64,000 bases of DNA from Laetmonice hystrix. Lineage: Eukaryota. Shown here in pieces: positions 37,493 through 49,590 of this stretch. The translations under genes were made by a program, and so were the position numbers. Under the pieces are notes generated by a model. It was not told the origin of the DNA. It saw only the letters and a list, made by a program, of their open reading frames with translations, and searched no databases. Location: positions 17,112,001-17,176,000 of the forward strand of contig OZ249443.1 in assembly GCA_965235115.1 (NCBI GenBank). Direction: 5' to 3'. How positions within the stretch are numbered: position 1 is the first letter of the stretch; every line of letters starts with the position of its first letter.

Positions 37493-38982
37493 TCATCTAT
37501 TCTTTGACTGACCACTATAACCTCCACCATCAATGTAGTCTGAGAGATGACATTGACTGGCCACTGTAACCTCAACCATCAACCGTAGTCTGAGAGATGA
37601 CATTGACTGGCCACTATAACCTCCACCATCAATGTAGTCTGAGAGATGACATTGACTGGCCACTGTAACCTCAACCATCAACCGTAGTCTGAGAGATGAC
37701 ATTGACTGACCACTATAACCTCCACCATCAATGTCGTCTGAGAGATGACATTGACTGGCCACTGTAACCTCAACCATCAACCGTAGTCTGAGAGATGACA
37801 TTGACTGGCCCCTGTAACCTCCACCATCAACCGTAGTCTGAGAGATGACATTGACTGGCTACTGTAACCTCCACCATCAACCGTAGTCTGAGAGATGACA
37901 TTGACTGGCCACTGTAACCTCCACTATCAACCGTAGTATGAGAGATGACATTGACTGGCCACTGTAACCTCCACCATCAACCGTAGTCTGAGAGATGACA
38001 TTGACTGGCCACTGTAACCTCCACCATCAACCGTAGTCTGAGAGATGACATTGACTGGCCACTGTAACCTCCACCATCAACCGTAGTCTGAGAGATGACA
38101 TTGACTGGCCACTGTAACCTCCACCATCAACCGTAGTCTGAGAGATGACATTGAATGGCCACTGTAACCTCCACCATCAACCGTAGTCTGAGAGATGACA
38201 TTGACTGGCCATTGTAACTTCCACCATCAACCGTAGTCTGAGAGATGACATTGACTGGCCACTGTAACCTCCACCATCAACCGTAGTCTGAGAGATGACA
38301 TTGACTGGCCACTGTAACCTCCACCATCAACCGTAGTCTGAGAGATGACATTGACTGGCTACTGTAACATCCACCATCAACCGTAGTCTGAGAGATGACA
38401 TTGACTGGCTACTGTAACATCCACCATCAACCGTAGTCTGAGAGATGACATTGAATGGCCACTGTAACCTCCACCATCAACCGTAGTCTGAGAGATGACA
38501 TTGACTGGCTACTGTAACCTCCACCATCAACCGTAGTCTGAGAGATGACATTGACTGGCCACTGTAACCTCCACCATCAACCGTAGTCTGAGAGATGACA
38601 TTGACTGGCCACTGTAACCTCCACCATCAACCGTAGTCTGAGAGATGACATTGACTGGCTACTGTAACATCCACCATCAACCGTAGTCTGAGAGATGACA
38701 TTGACTGGCTACTGTAACATCCACCATCAACCGTAGTCTGAGAGATGACATTGAATGGCCACTGTAACCTCCACCATCAACCGTAGTCTGAGAGATGACA
38801 TTGACTGGCCACTGTAACCTCCACCATCAACCGTAGTCTAAGAGATGACATTGACTGGCCACTGTAACTTCTACCATCAACCGAAGTCTGAGAGATGACA
38901 TTGACTGGCTACTGTAACCTCAACCATCAACCGTAGTCTGAGAAATGACATTGACTGGCCACTGTAACCTCAACCATCAACC
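37493..38982. repeat. Minisatellite, 50 bp unit, ~30 copies (largest array in window)
   Basis: ccgtagtctgagagatgacattgactggccactgtaacctccaccatcaa; period 50 (37981, 38031, 38081). Confidence 0.98.
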
Positions 38983-41900
38983 TAAAAGATGACTTTGACC
39001 TTGCTGACGTCCCAGGAGTGCTGGGTCAATACGTCCCCCGTACATCATCCGTCAGTTAATCCTTCTTCTGTCTGACCGACCGATCCACACCCTCCCACTC
39101 CTGCACCCTCTCCCCAATGGACGGTAGAACAGGCTGTGACCCTTGACCTGAGGAACCACTGCCCTTATCTGGGGTGGACAAGGTATCAATCCAAACCCTT
39201 GCAGACCATAGTCACTAACCCATCATGGAAGGTCTATGGGGTATTCTCACTTGGTCAAAACCAAGAAAAACCCATCCAACTCGACGTTCTAATGCTACCT
39301 CTAAAAAAAGGTCCAGTAAATAGATTATTTACTTTGGCTGAATCCATGCATGACCAATTTGCGGGAAGTGTGATTGAACTATGAAGCTTTGATGAAACAA
39401 ACAAAATCCGATTGGCTGTTACAATGTGAGAAATATGATTGGTCGATTTCCACCTGCACCTGATGATAACACATCACTGCTGCCAGACATTTCTCCTTAC
39501 AGATGTATCCAGCACAATGTGGTCAGCGCACGTCCATCAAATCTGCCGTGTTGATCATTCCTTGACGTGTTATGTGACAAGAACAAAGTCCACCTTTCCT
39601 GAAGCCGGGGCTGACCGGCCGGCTGGCGTCAGGATGGAGGCCGCTGACCAACACGACTGTAGACGAATGTTCAAATACAGCCCAGACAACCTCCGCCAGC
39701 TCCATTTACTAGACGTAATTACATCTACTCTAACAGCCACTCCATCCCCTCCTCCTCCTCCTTCCTTCACAACATTTCCTCCACAAACTCATAACTCAAA
39801 CTGTTACCAACTTACAGAGCGTCTCTCTGGACTAACTCCTACCCAATCAACTTTAAATATGGGGACGATTCAACTTGCTCAGAAAGTTCCTACTTTGGAT
39901 GAATTTCTCACTTTTGATTTAACACGACGGATGATAAGGGACGATACAGGTTTACCATGCAACCGTTAGAAACTGGAATGATCTTGGAACATTGAGGAAC
40001 ACATCATTATCTAAATGTTTTCAGAATAAGGAGGCACTGACTCACAACCTGTCTGCTCCCATGTATAGTCTCAGGTCTATTGCTTACACTCCGTAAAGTT
40101 TTCTACAATGTTTCCATTCGTTAACTTCCACATATGACAGAACTTTCACATTAATCCAGGTAATTATACTTTCCACATTCATCACATCACGGGTCTGAGT
40201 ATCTTGTGTCGGGAACAGTAGCGCCTTGGAGTTGGAAGTTTCCCGCCGACTGAAGCGACTCGAGAATCTGTTCCAATCGGACCATCTGCAACCACTGCAC
40301 ACACCAGCCCTCACTTGGCACCAAACGACTCAGTTCGCTACAACCAACCATTTCCTCATTACCACCCTCCTCTCCTCCTACTACTGGGAACGAGAACGTT
40401 TAAATAAATCTAACCACGCGGTCACCCAACCACCCGGTGGAATAACCAACGAGTTACCAGTCTCCAGCCAGTCCTAACCAATTGGTAGCAAGGAAAACAG
40501 GTAAACCTAAAACTAGATCGTAACTCTACAATATGTTCATTCACTTCTAATTACTAGAATATTTACTCTTTTTATTATTAATTAATTATGATTAATATGG
40601 TGTGTGTGGATTAAATAAACACACTTAATTAAATTTGCAAAAAGCCAATATCTGAGAAGGCGAGATATTTTTGCGATATGGGCTATCATAAATTGTTTCC
40701 TATATTTTCAATTACTTACGTCCTATTGGCAGGATGAACTCCACCATCCATTCAGTCAGTTGATGAAGTCTGGTGGTCGTGAGTCACTAAACCCCTGCTC
40801 CGATTTGACACCATTCACACCCCCAACTCAATAACTGTGGACCGCTACAACAATTCCTCTGCTATTTTAGATTTTATGCAGTCCTACAAATACCACTTCT
40901 CGTAATATTACCACCAGACAGCACTGAGCGAGACGGTCCTGAACGAGTTCTCGACATGACCGTAATCAAAGACTGCATCAATGTGTTCACCAGAGCAAAA
41001 TCATTCTCACACATTTGGCGTATTCTAATTTCCACCTCACTCTAAAAGACGAGAATGGCAATGTTTTTCAAGTCAATGTGCTACTACAGCTGAGGCTGCT
41101 ATTCCATCTATTCTGTTCGCAACATTATCATTCTAACAGACCCAACCTTCATTTACTGGTACTAAGACCCTCATGACGTAATATTTTTCTGTGAATACTG
41201 ACCGACGTTATTTATTGAGCACACACTGCCAAATGACTTCTCTATCTAGGATTGGGAGTGATGTGTATTCATTGGTTCTCTGAGACAGGAACGGCTGTAG
41301 GTTCAGTTAATGACATCATCATATATTTACACTCATTATCTCAACCAGCAGAATGTTAGCTGTAGACTATGTAAATGGTGACCTTTCCCGGCCCACTGCC
41401 AAACGAGTCAACATCGTATTCCAGGATACAGCTCAGAGTCATTTACCATCTTCAAAACCCATGGAATTTTCCTACATACCTCACAGAACACATGACTAAT
41501 GCTAAACCTAATGTCCGGTGGAAATCATTCAAGTCATTAGAACCACAGAGTTTATTCTTTACTCCATTTTATACCCACTGATGACAATTAGGACCCGCAT
41601 CTAAACAATGACTCTAAAACTTGATTAACAGATTAACCTGCTTGATTTGCCCCCCCTCCCCCTATTTCATTTGATGGTTATCTATATATTTTTTTACTAC
41701 TTAATCTCCTCTGTCAAAGTCCTGACTCTCATATAAAGGGGCCAGCTGTTGCCCCACATTGCAGGGGGCGCGTTCAGAAACTAAATCTTGCGTAAACCCT
41801 TGCCAACTTCCCTGGTAGCAGCCAGCCAATTTATTGCTTCTCCCTGTCAAATGATGCTGTAACAACTGGCTTCTCCCGGCTGTGTCCCTGGCTCTGGGAC

Positions 41901-44900
41901 CGTGGCCCCTGGGGCCGTGGGGCCGTGGGTGTCCCCTGACTATTGATGGTGCAGCCGGTCGCAGGGTATTCATGTGAAAAGGTTCAATACCTTTCACCAT
42001 GACCGGCTCTATGAGAGGGCTCCCTGGCTTGCCTTTGTAATGCCTTGGATGAGTATTAACTGAGCTCTACCGATGGCTTGCCTTTGAGGGGAGGAGGCTG
42101 GCGCCTATAAAAACACAAGGCGCATCATGCCTTCCCATCTCAGCTCCTCCTTGGGAGTTCCCTTTCAGGCTTGGGTATAGAACTATGGTTTGAGCAAGTG
42201 GCTGTCCCTTTATGTGGACGTGCCAGGGAGGTCCTTATACGACCTCTCAGTGTTTGCACCCGTGGCCCACAACAGAGTCGGCTCGGGGTGTGAGTGAACC
42301 TGGCCCAAGGCTGTGGGGTCGGGAACGGTAGGTCCACACAATGCCAACGTTGGAGAATACACGCTAGGAATACAACTTGGACAGTGGTATACAATACCAT
42401 AGGTCTGACGTAAGCTACGGTAACACTGCCCCTTCAGACCGTGGTGGTCAAGGTTAGGTTAAGAATCAGGCTCGGGATAGGCTGGGTTTTTGTTGGAGGT
42501 AGACTGGGATCATCGGGGAGTTTTAGGTATGGGGCTGGAAATAGTAATAGATAGTTGGGTCTTACCCCGCACATTTCATCGAGAATACGGTTTAGCGAGT
42601 CATATTCTCTTCTCTCTCTCCTCAGAACGGTTACTGACTGTTCTCGAAAACGTCACTACATGTTGGAAACTAAAATACAAATGGATTACTAGAATTCCCT
42701 AGCAGTTGTATTTCCCTTCCCGTCTAATTTATCGGTATCACACAATCTGCCCACAAAGAATCTCCTTTTAGATTGTAAATAGTTTATATTTAAATGTCGC
42801 ATTGTACAGAACTGAGGCCGTTTTTTCCCTATAACACAGAACAATCTGTAACTGACTGACTTGGCCCGGAATTCTCGGTGTATCCGAACTGTGCAGTAAC
42901 GCAGCTACTCCGACGGGTATCAGTTACATGGGTGGGGCAGAGGGGTAAACACACAAATATACACCGCTCTATACAGGCCAAAACGGAACGGGCAGGTTCT
43001 AACTGGGCCATTCTCGACACCTTCTCAAAGGACACACTGTAAACTGTTTGACGTATAGGGCGATTTCACATTCTATACGTTTTCAGTTTTATAATGGTTT
43101 CAGTTTTGCACATCGTTGATATATCTGTGGGCATTTTGACGGTGTATATCCGACCTACATGTATAACTTCTAGGTCTAAAAGCAGATTATAGCTAAGGCG
43201 CATAGGAAGCGATGCTGTGGGCTCTGAGAGATTACCCGTGTGTACCTCCCACCTGTTGGCTCGTTTCACAATGTTAGTGTTTACCCTAGCTGTCATCTTC
43301 CCTTACCCTGATCCCTGCTATACCTGCCATCTTCCTCTAGCGTTCCCTGCCGGACCTGTACATCCTCCCGCACCACGTTCCTTGCTGACCAGACCAATTT
43401 CCCCGTCAATTCGTTCTTTGCTGTTAATTTTCCTTCACCCTGTATCTGTACCCCTATCACCTTCTACCCTTTTCCCCCTACCCCCCTCCTCCACCCTACC
43501 GTAGCCTCATCTGTCCCGCTCATGTTTCCCCTCCCTCCCTAACCTCCCAGTCTTTTCCCGTTGACCTTCATGACTTTACACTCAGTCTAATGGTTGCGAG
43601 TGGCGCCCCCTATGTTGGCGTTCAATGACGTACTAAACCGGCTCAGACTATCAGCAGGGCCCAGGCAAAGTCTGATCAGACTTGCAGGCGTTGATGCAAC
43701 ATTAATGTTGCCTGTTTCTCCACCAAATGCCAGCTGCCTCACCTAGGTCGGCCTCCGACCAGGAGTAAGAGGCAAATTCTAAGAAAAAGACGTTTTCCGA
43801 GTTTGGATACAATTACAAATGACTTGACCTGTCCTATCTAATCTATTACCGTTCTCTTACTTAGACCAAACTCTGTAAATTATCGATTCGTCACGCTGTA
43901 CTTCTTACCCCTTGTGGAATACAGTGAAAGAAACTGTAGTCGGCTGCTACTGAAAAAGTTATGATATTCCATTATTTCGTAACCATTATCTCAGCATGTC
44001 GTCTGGCGAATTTTACAAACTCCATTACTCCCCTCTCTCCAGGAGCCTACATGGTACCCCCTAAATTATCCTCCAAGTTTTTCTTTCAGAACTTTAGACT
44101 AGTCGACGAGTGCCAAACGCCGTCATAGTTATTACATGATGAACTCGGTCACGACCTGGTCACAATAACACAAACGACTCTGTCTCTCCGAGGGGCTAGG
44201 GTCACTGCCAATACCAGAAACTGGGTAAATCTAGGCCACCATGTACCCCCGCCACCCCCGCTAACACAACCCCCACCATACTGTTTGCTAAACTACTATA
44301 TGAGAGTGAACTACAACTCTTAGTATTCCACATCAATGTGGAAAATACACAATACAAAGGAGGAGAACTTGAATCTGCTCGTGTTTAACGGATACACATA
44401 AACTGAAGTCTGGAGTACCCGATGGTTCCTGTATCAGCCTGGTCAGTGGCAGGACGTATAACTCCAGGGATAGTGTCCAGCCACACTGACCACAGCTGAC
44501 CGGTCAAACACTTACTGGAGACATCACACGCTGAGGTTTGTACTCCACACCTCGGCTCCCATCCCGGATGCCGTTAGTTCCCTCCGTATCCTCTGGGTAT
44601 CCCGGTGTGTATATCCAGTGTATCCCGCTCTAAGCCTCCGCTCGGTAAGCCTGGTGGTAGCGGCCGGGTGCTACTGGAGACATGGACCGTCCCAGTGATG
44701 ATGCTGCCATGGTCTAATGTGATCCTGGCCACATGTCTGCTGGGCCGTACATCCCCGGACTGTGGGCCGGCTGTGGCTGGCTGGGGGGTGCGGCGGCTGG
44801 GCCGGGGTCTGAGGGTGGGGGCGGGCGGTGCTGGGCTGGGGGGGGGGGTTCTCCGGCGGTGGAGGGGAACAGGACTGCCTCCCGCTGTCAGTCAGTGTAG

Positions 44901-45049
44901 ATTTACTTCAGTGCTTAGAGTGTTCAGCTGGCGGGCTCATAGAGCGGATCCAAGTCTCTAAGTGTGGGAGACTTGGTGGAGAGGAGGAGGTGGTATCTGT
45001 GCTACTACCAGTGGTTGGGCTGGATGCGGAGTCTGGGAGACCCGCCAGT

Positions 45050-45076
45050 ACCGCAGCAGCAGCAGCAGCAGCAGCA
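45050..45076. repeat. (CAG)n microsatellite
   Basis: cgcagcagcagcagcagcagcagcag. Confidence 0.9.
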
Positions 45077-46149
45077 GTCAGAGCAGCCACTGGTCCTCAG
45101 ACCGGGTCAGGCATGCTGGCCTCACTCCACGTTTTGGTATGCTAACCTTCCTCTTCCACCCGGAGTGTGGCCGGCTTGACTCTGGTCCTATCTCTACATC
45201 CGTCAGCCCTTCCCACCTCTGGACCTGACGGCTGGCTCCAGCTTCCTCCCTCTCTCTCACACACACTCTGAGCTACCGGCTGGCCGGGCAGCTCGCCGGG
45301 CCTGCAGCCCATACACGGGAAATCTAATGTTGCTTCAGTCAATGCCAGTGGCCCGCCAGGAGCAAGCAGTCAGTCACTGGAGCTGGCTGCTGGAGGAAAC
45401 ACACTGACTGGAAGCCAAGGATCACACGACAAGGTCTGGTTTGCTAACACCAACCCTGACCGAATCTGTTCCCACAGTAGGCACAGTGGTTGTCATCCTC
45501 AGGGCCATCCCTGACCAGGTGACAATACTACCTGTTCACTGACAACCACTGCCGTCTGACATAGGGAGTTCAATGTATTCCGACAGTCCCATCACCTGGT
45601 CGTACAGCCCCAGACCTGTCTAGACGAGCCAGACCTCCTTGGATGATCCCGGACGAATTTAAAGTATCAGACGTCCAATATGACTACATCCACCAGCACC
45701 AACCAGGTCTGGCTGGAGTAGACTTAGCTATCAGAGTCTCGGTGCACACGACAAGCATTGGTGCACAAGACCGCCCAAGCTGCACGAGGCCCGCCTTGGT
45801 GCACTGAACCACCCCAGGCACATACGACCAGTCTTTGCACTTCGAAAGAAATTCATTCCTACCGAAAATGGGCCCCATAAGGCCTTTTATGTTAATTCAT
45901 TGCAACATGCAAGCAGAAATATGACCCTGAGGGTGGCATGAAGATAAAAACTTCCTGACCAAATCCAGCGGGTGAAGAACAAACGACATTGGGGGTCTCT
46001 CCGCCACATAGCAAATGGCTCGGGAAATTTATCGACGGCCAGCGAAGAAAACCCTCCAATGAAAACCATGTCACTGCCTGATAACACAAATATCTGATAC
46101 TTTTGTCGATTCGGCTACATCCATCTCGATTTGTTAGCTAACACAATTC

Positions 46150-47125
46150 TGTCTGCTGGCCAATCCCAACACCAGGTCAACGTTACTCCTCCAGTCTGTC
46201 TCCCTCCTCCTGTGTCTACCAACCGGCCCAACACCAGGTCAACGTTACTCCTCCAGTCTGTCTCCCTCCTCCTGTGTCTACCAACCGGCCCAACACCAGG
46301 TCAACGTTACTCCTCCAGTCTGTCTCCCTCCTCCTGTGTCTACCAACCGGCCCAACACCAGGTCAACGTTACTCCTCCAGTCTACGACCGGACCGTCTGT
46401 CTCCCTCCTCCTGTGTCTACCAACCGGCCCAACACCAGGTCAACGTTACTCCTCCAGTCTCCTCCTCCAGTCTACGACCGGACCGTCTGTCTCCCTCCTC
46501 CTGTGTCTACCAACCGGCCCAACACCAGGTCAACGTTACTCCTCCAGTCTCCTCCTCCAGTCTACGACCGGACCGTCTGTCTCCCTCCAACCGGCCCAAC
46601 ACCAGGTCAACGTTACTCCTCCAGTCTGTCTCCCTCCTCCTGTGTATACCAACCGGCCCAACACCAGGTCAACGTTACTCCTCCAGTCTACGACCGGACC
46701 GTCTGTCTCCCTCCTCCTGTGTCTACCAACCGGCCCAACACCAGGTCAACGTTACTCCTCCAGTCTACGACCGGACCGTCTGTCTCCCTCCTCCTGTGTC
46801 TACCAACCGGCCCAACACCAGGTCAACGTTACTCCTCCAGTCTCCTCCTCCAGTCTACGACCGGACCGTCTGTCTCCCTCCAACCGGCCCAACACCAGGT
46901 CAACGTTACTCCTCCAGTCTGTCTCCCTCCTCCTGTGTATACCAACCGGCCCAACACCAGGTCAACGTTACTCCTCCAGTCTACGACCGGACCGTCTGTC
47001 TCCCTCCTCCTGTGTCTACCAACCGGCCCAACACCAGGTCAACGTTACTCCTCCAGTCTCCTCCTCCAGTCTACGATCGGACCGTCTGTCTCCCTCCTCC
47101 TGTGTCTACCAACCGGCCCAATACC
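46150..47125. repeat. Modular minisatellite (constant core + variable linker modules)
   Basis: Core accaaccggcccaacaccaggtcaacgttactcctccagtct, joined by combinations of gtctccctcctcctgtgtct, acgaccggaccgtct and cctcctccagtct. Explains ORFs 46131..47141, 46274..47185 and 46336..47478. Confidence 0.95.
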
Positions 47126-47490
47126 AAGGTCATCCGAGTAATTCTCCTTCAAAGATTGCCTATACCTTCAAGGTTAATTCACTAACCCGTAACTTGAGCA
47201 CATGCAATCAAATAAAGGCGGTTTTTTTTCTGGGTGACCGTAGATTGTTCTACTCGATCATGTTGGAGCTGATCAAACAATCTTATCTCAAATTCTTTAT
47301 CATAAACAACGCACCACAAAGACACCTGAGACTCCAATCTTACTTATCCACACGGATATATGATGAAACATTACTAAAGGCAAAGGGAGAAAATCAGCCA
47401 ACGTTCCTGCAGTGGCTGATTAAAAAATTCTATGTTTATAAGCGTAGTGATTCACTCACAAGGCATCTGAACTGTTGACACAATCTTACT

Positions 47491-47508
47491 ACCGCCACCT
47501 AGTGGCCA
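47491..47508 (-). promoter_or_regulatory. Strong CTCF-like motif
   Basis: Minus strand TGGCCACTAGGTGGCGGT, near-consensus. Confidence 0.55.
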
Positions 47509-47711
47509 TCTGGGACACCAGTACCTTTCCATCCACTGTGAGTCACCACATCACAAAGTCCACAAATCGTCATCGGCTCCACGGCCGGCCACTCTATAGA
47601 GTACCTCAGACCGCTATCAGACAGTCTGTTTTCTTTTCTGTTCATTATATTAAAGACGCACACTGTTATATCAACGTCCTACAGCAGGAAAAAAAGGAAA
47701 ATCAAAACTGA

Positions 47712-47836
47712 ATTCAGTTTTAAGTCATAGGGGACTGACTGTACCAGTCCATGAACTTGTTTTAAGTCACAGGGGACCGACTGTACCTCAGTCCTGGAAT
47801 TTGTTTTACGTCATAGGGGACCGACTGTACCAGTCC
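47712..47836. repeat. Degenerate tandem repeat, ~43 bp unit, 3 copies
   Basis: ttttaagtcataggggac(c/t)gactgtaccagtcc... Confidence 0.85.
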
Positions 47837-48008
47837 AAGTACATTTCCTGAAAATTTATTTAACGGTTACAACACTGAAATACTTTATCCTAACCAAAGA
47901 AAAACCCCGCATATTCCAAATCAATTATTTGAAGAACTTGGAAATATAAGAATATTAGAATGTTTAAAGCACTCACCAGTCACAACTATCTCATTGCAAA
48001 GAATCTTG

Positions 48009-48035
48009 ACTTACCTGCAAAGATAAAAGAAATGG
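48009..48035 (-). other. Putative recursive splice site (ratchet point), junction 48015/48014
   Basis: Minus strand ccatttcttttatctttgcag|gtaagt: strong U-rich tract + CAG directly abutting the perfect donor GTAAGT, on the EVI5 sense strand. Confidence 0.6.
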
Positions 48036-49204
48036 AAAAATAAGTCACACATTTTTCTTCACAGATTCTTATTCAGTTGTACAATTGAATACAACATATG
48101 AAATATTTATCAGGTATTTGAGTTTAATTTGCCGATTGGTTTATATGATCTGGAGCTGCCGGGTTGTTTTGTTGATTGGCTGTGTGTATGTCCGCGACTG
48201 GTGGCAGAGAAAGGTCGGAGGAGACAACCTGTTCGGTGCCACGGCTCACCAGGCCAGGGTGATGAAAGGCTGCAGTCCGACCACAGCCTCGTATCTCACT
48301 GCGGAATCTGGCCTCCAAACCTCCCGCCACCCGCCACCAATATCCCAACTCGTCTCCGGTGAATAAATCATTACCAGCCAAGCGACCATCAATTCTCATG
48401 CTATTGACAAAATTCTTCCAGTTAGCTCAATGATCTGTGTAATACTAAATGTCTGTAGACTTTGCCTATAGACCCAAAGTTATTCATGGCACGCTGACTT
48501 TACCTCTATACTGAACCTAACAGTACGGTCACATTAAAAAACATCCTTTATACATAATTCTTGATGAGAGTCAATGAAGCATACAGAAGTAATGTATACG
48601 TAATCAGATCCTACTGATGGCCTTCACCCGTGCCGGGACTCAGGGATGTCATACGTCATACACTACACTTTCCTCCCCAAACATCTGCCGGTTAAGTGGC
48701 TCCTTTGTGTGCCTTCTCTCCTTTGACCACGACTATACCTGCCCTTGCCATCCTCACAACTCCAGCACATGATCCATTGCACTGACCCTCCAGGCCGTGA
48801 CCTTCAAACCCCTACAGGAGGAATCATTGCTACACCGTGTTCTCCCGGACGCCGGAAGTCCGGCGGCACCCCAAGCAAATTCTATGTCTGATTGAGCGCC
48901 CCTGGCCGGATATTCTTGATACCACTTAGGCCACACGACAGGGACCCTTCAGCCTGGGAGTGCTCGGAGTTTAGAGGGGGGGGCTGGCCCTCCCCAGATC
49001 GACCTACAGACGGCCTGAGTCGAGCCAATTTTCTCACCAAATTTTGTGTGTCTATTCTGATACTCAATTACTACACCGTAACACATGCCCAGCTTCTACC
49101 AGACGCTGTATCTGCCACTCCTGCCCCATCCCCTAGCTAGACCTCACATCCTATAGGCCTCCGCCATATGCTGAGTGCAGCATCTTAATTCTAGCTCCAT
49201 CCAA

Positions 49205-49590
49205 ATGCTGCACCAGCTTCTCTCTACCAATCTAGATGCTGCACCAGCCACTCTATCTCCACCTATATGCTGCACCTTCTACTCCACCTCCATTTAGATG
49301 CTGCACCAACTACTCTTGCTGCACCAGCTACTCTTGTCGCACCAGCTACTCTTGCTGCACCAGCTACTCTTGCTGCACCAGCTACTCTTGTCGCACCAGC
49401 TACTCTTGCTGCACCAGCTACTCTTGTCGCACCAGCTACTCTTGCTGCACCAGCTGCAGTAGGCTAATCTCCATCTAGATGTTGCACCAGCTACTCTTGC
49501 TGCACCAGCTACTCTTGCTGCACCAGCTACTCTTGCTGCACCAGCTGCAGTAGGCTAATCTCCATCTCGATGTTGCACCAGCTACTCTAT
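49205..49590. repeat. Minisatellite, 18 bp core with ctccatctagat junction module
   Basis: gctgcaccagctactctt / gtcgcaccagctactctt repeats. Explains ORFs 49236..49478 and 49267..49467. Confidence 0.93.

Noticed and set aside
37493-38982. CRISPR-like array
   Set aside because: Units are contiguous near-identical copies with no unique spacers, there are no cas genes, and the context is eukaryotic.
39439-40480. Possible LINE endonuclease relic (KYSPDNLRQL...LAQKVPTLDEFLT)
   Set aside because: Only vague resemblance; the diagnostic ETW, GGGV and GDFN motifs were not found.
43600-44160. Long protein-looking + frame (FNDVLNRLRL...YDIPLFRNHYLSMSSGEFY)
   Set aside because: Its stop density (about 7 in 190 codons) is close to random expectation, so there is no real coding evidence.
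48005-48020. U1 snRNA-like ACTTACCTG (also at 58356)
   Set aside because: It matches the U1 5' end only because it is the reverse complement of a splice donor; no U1 body follows.
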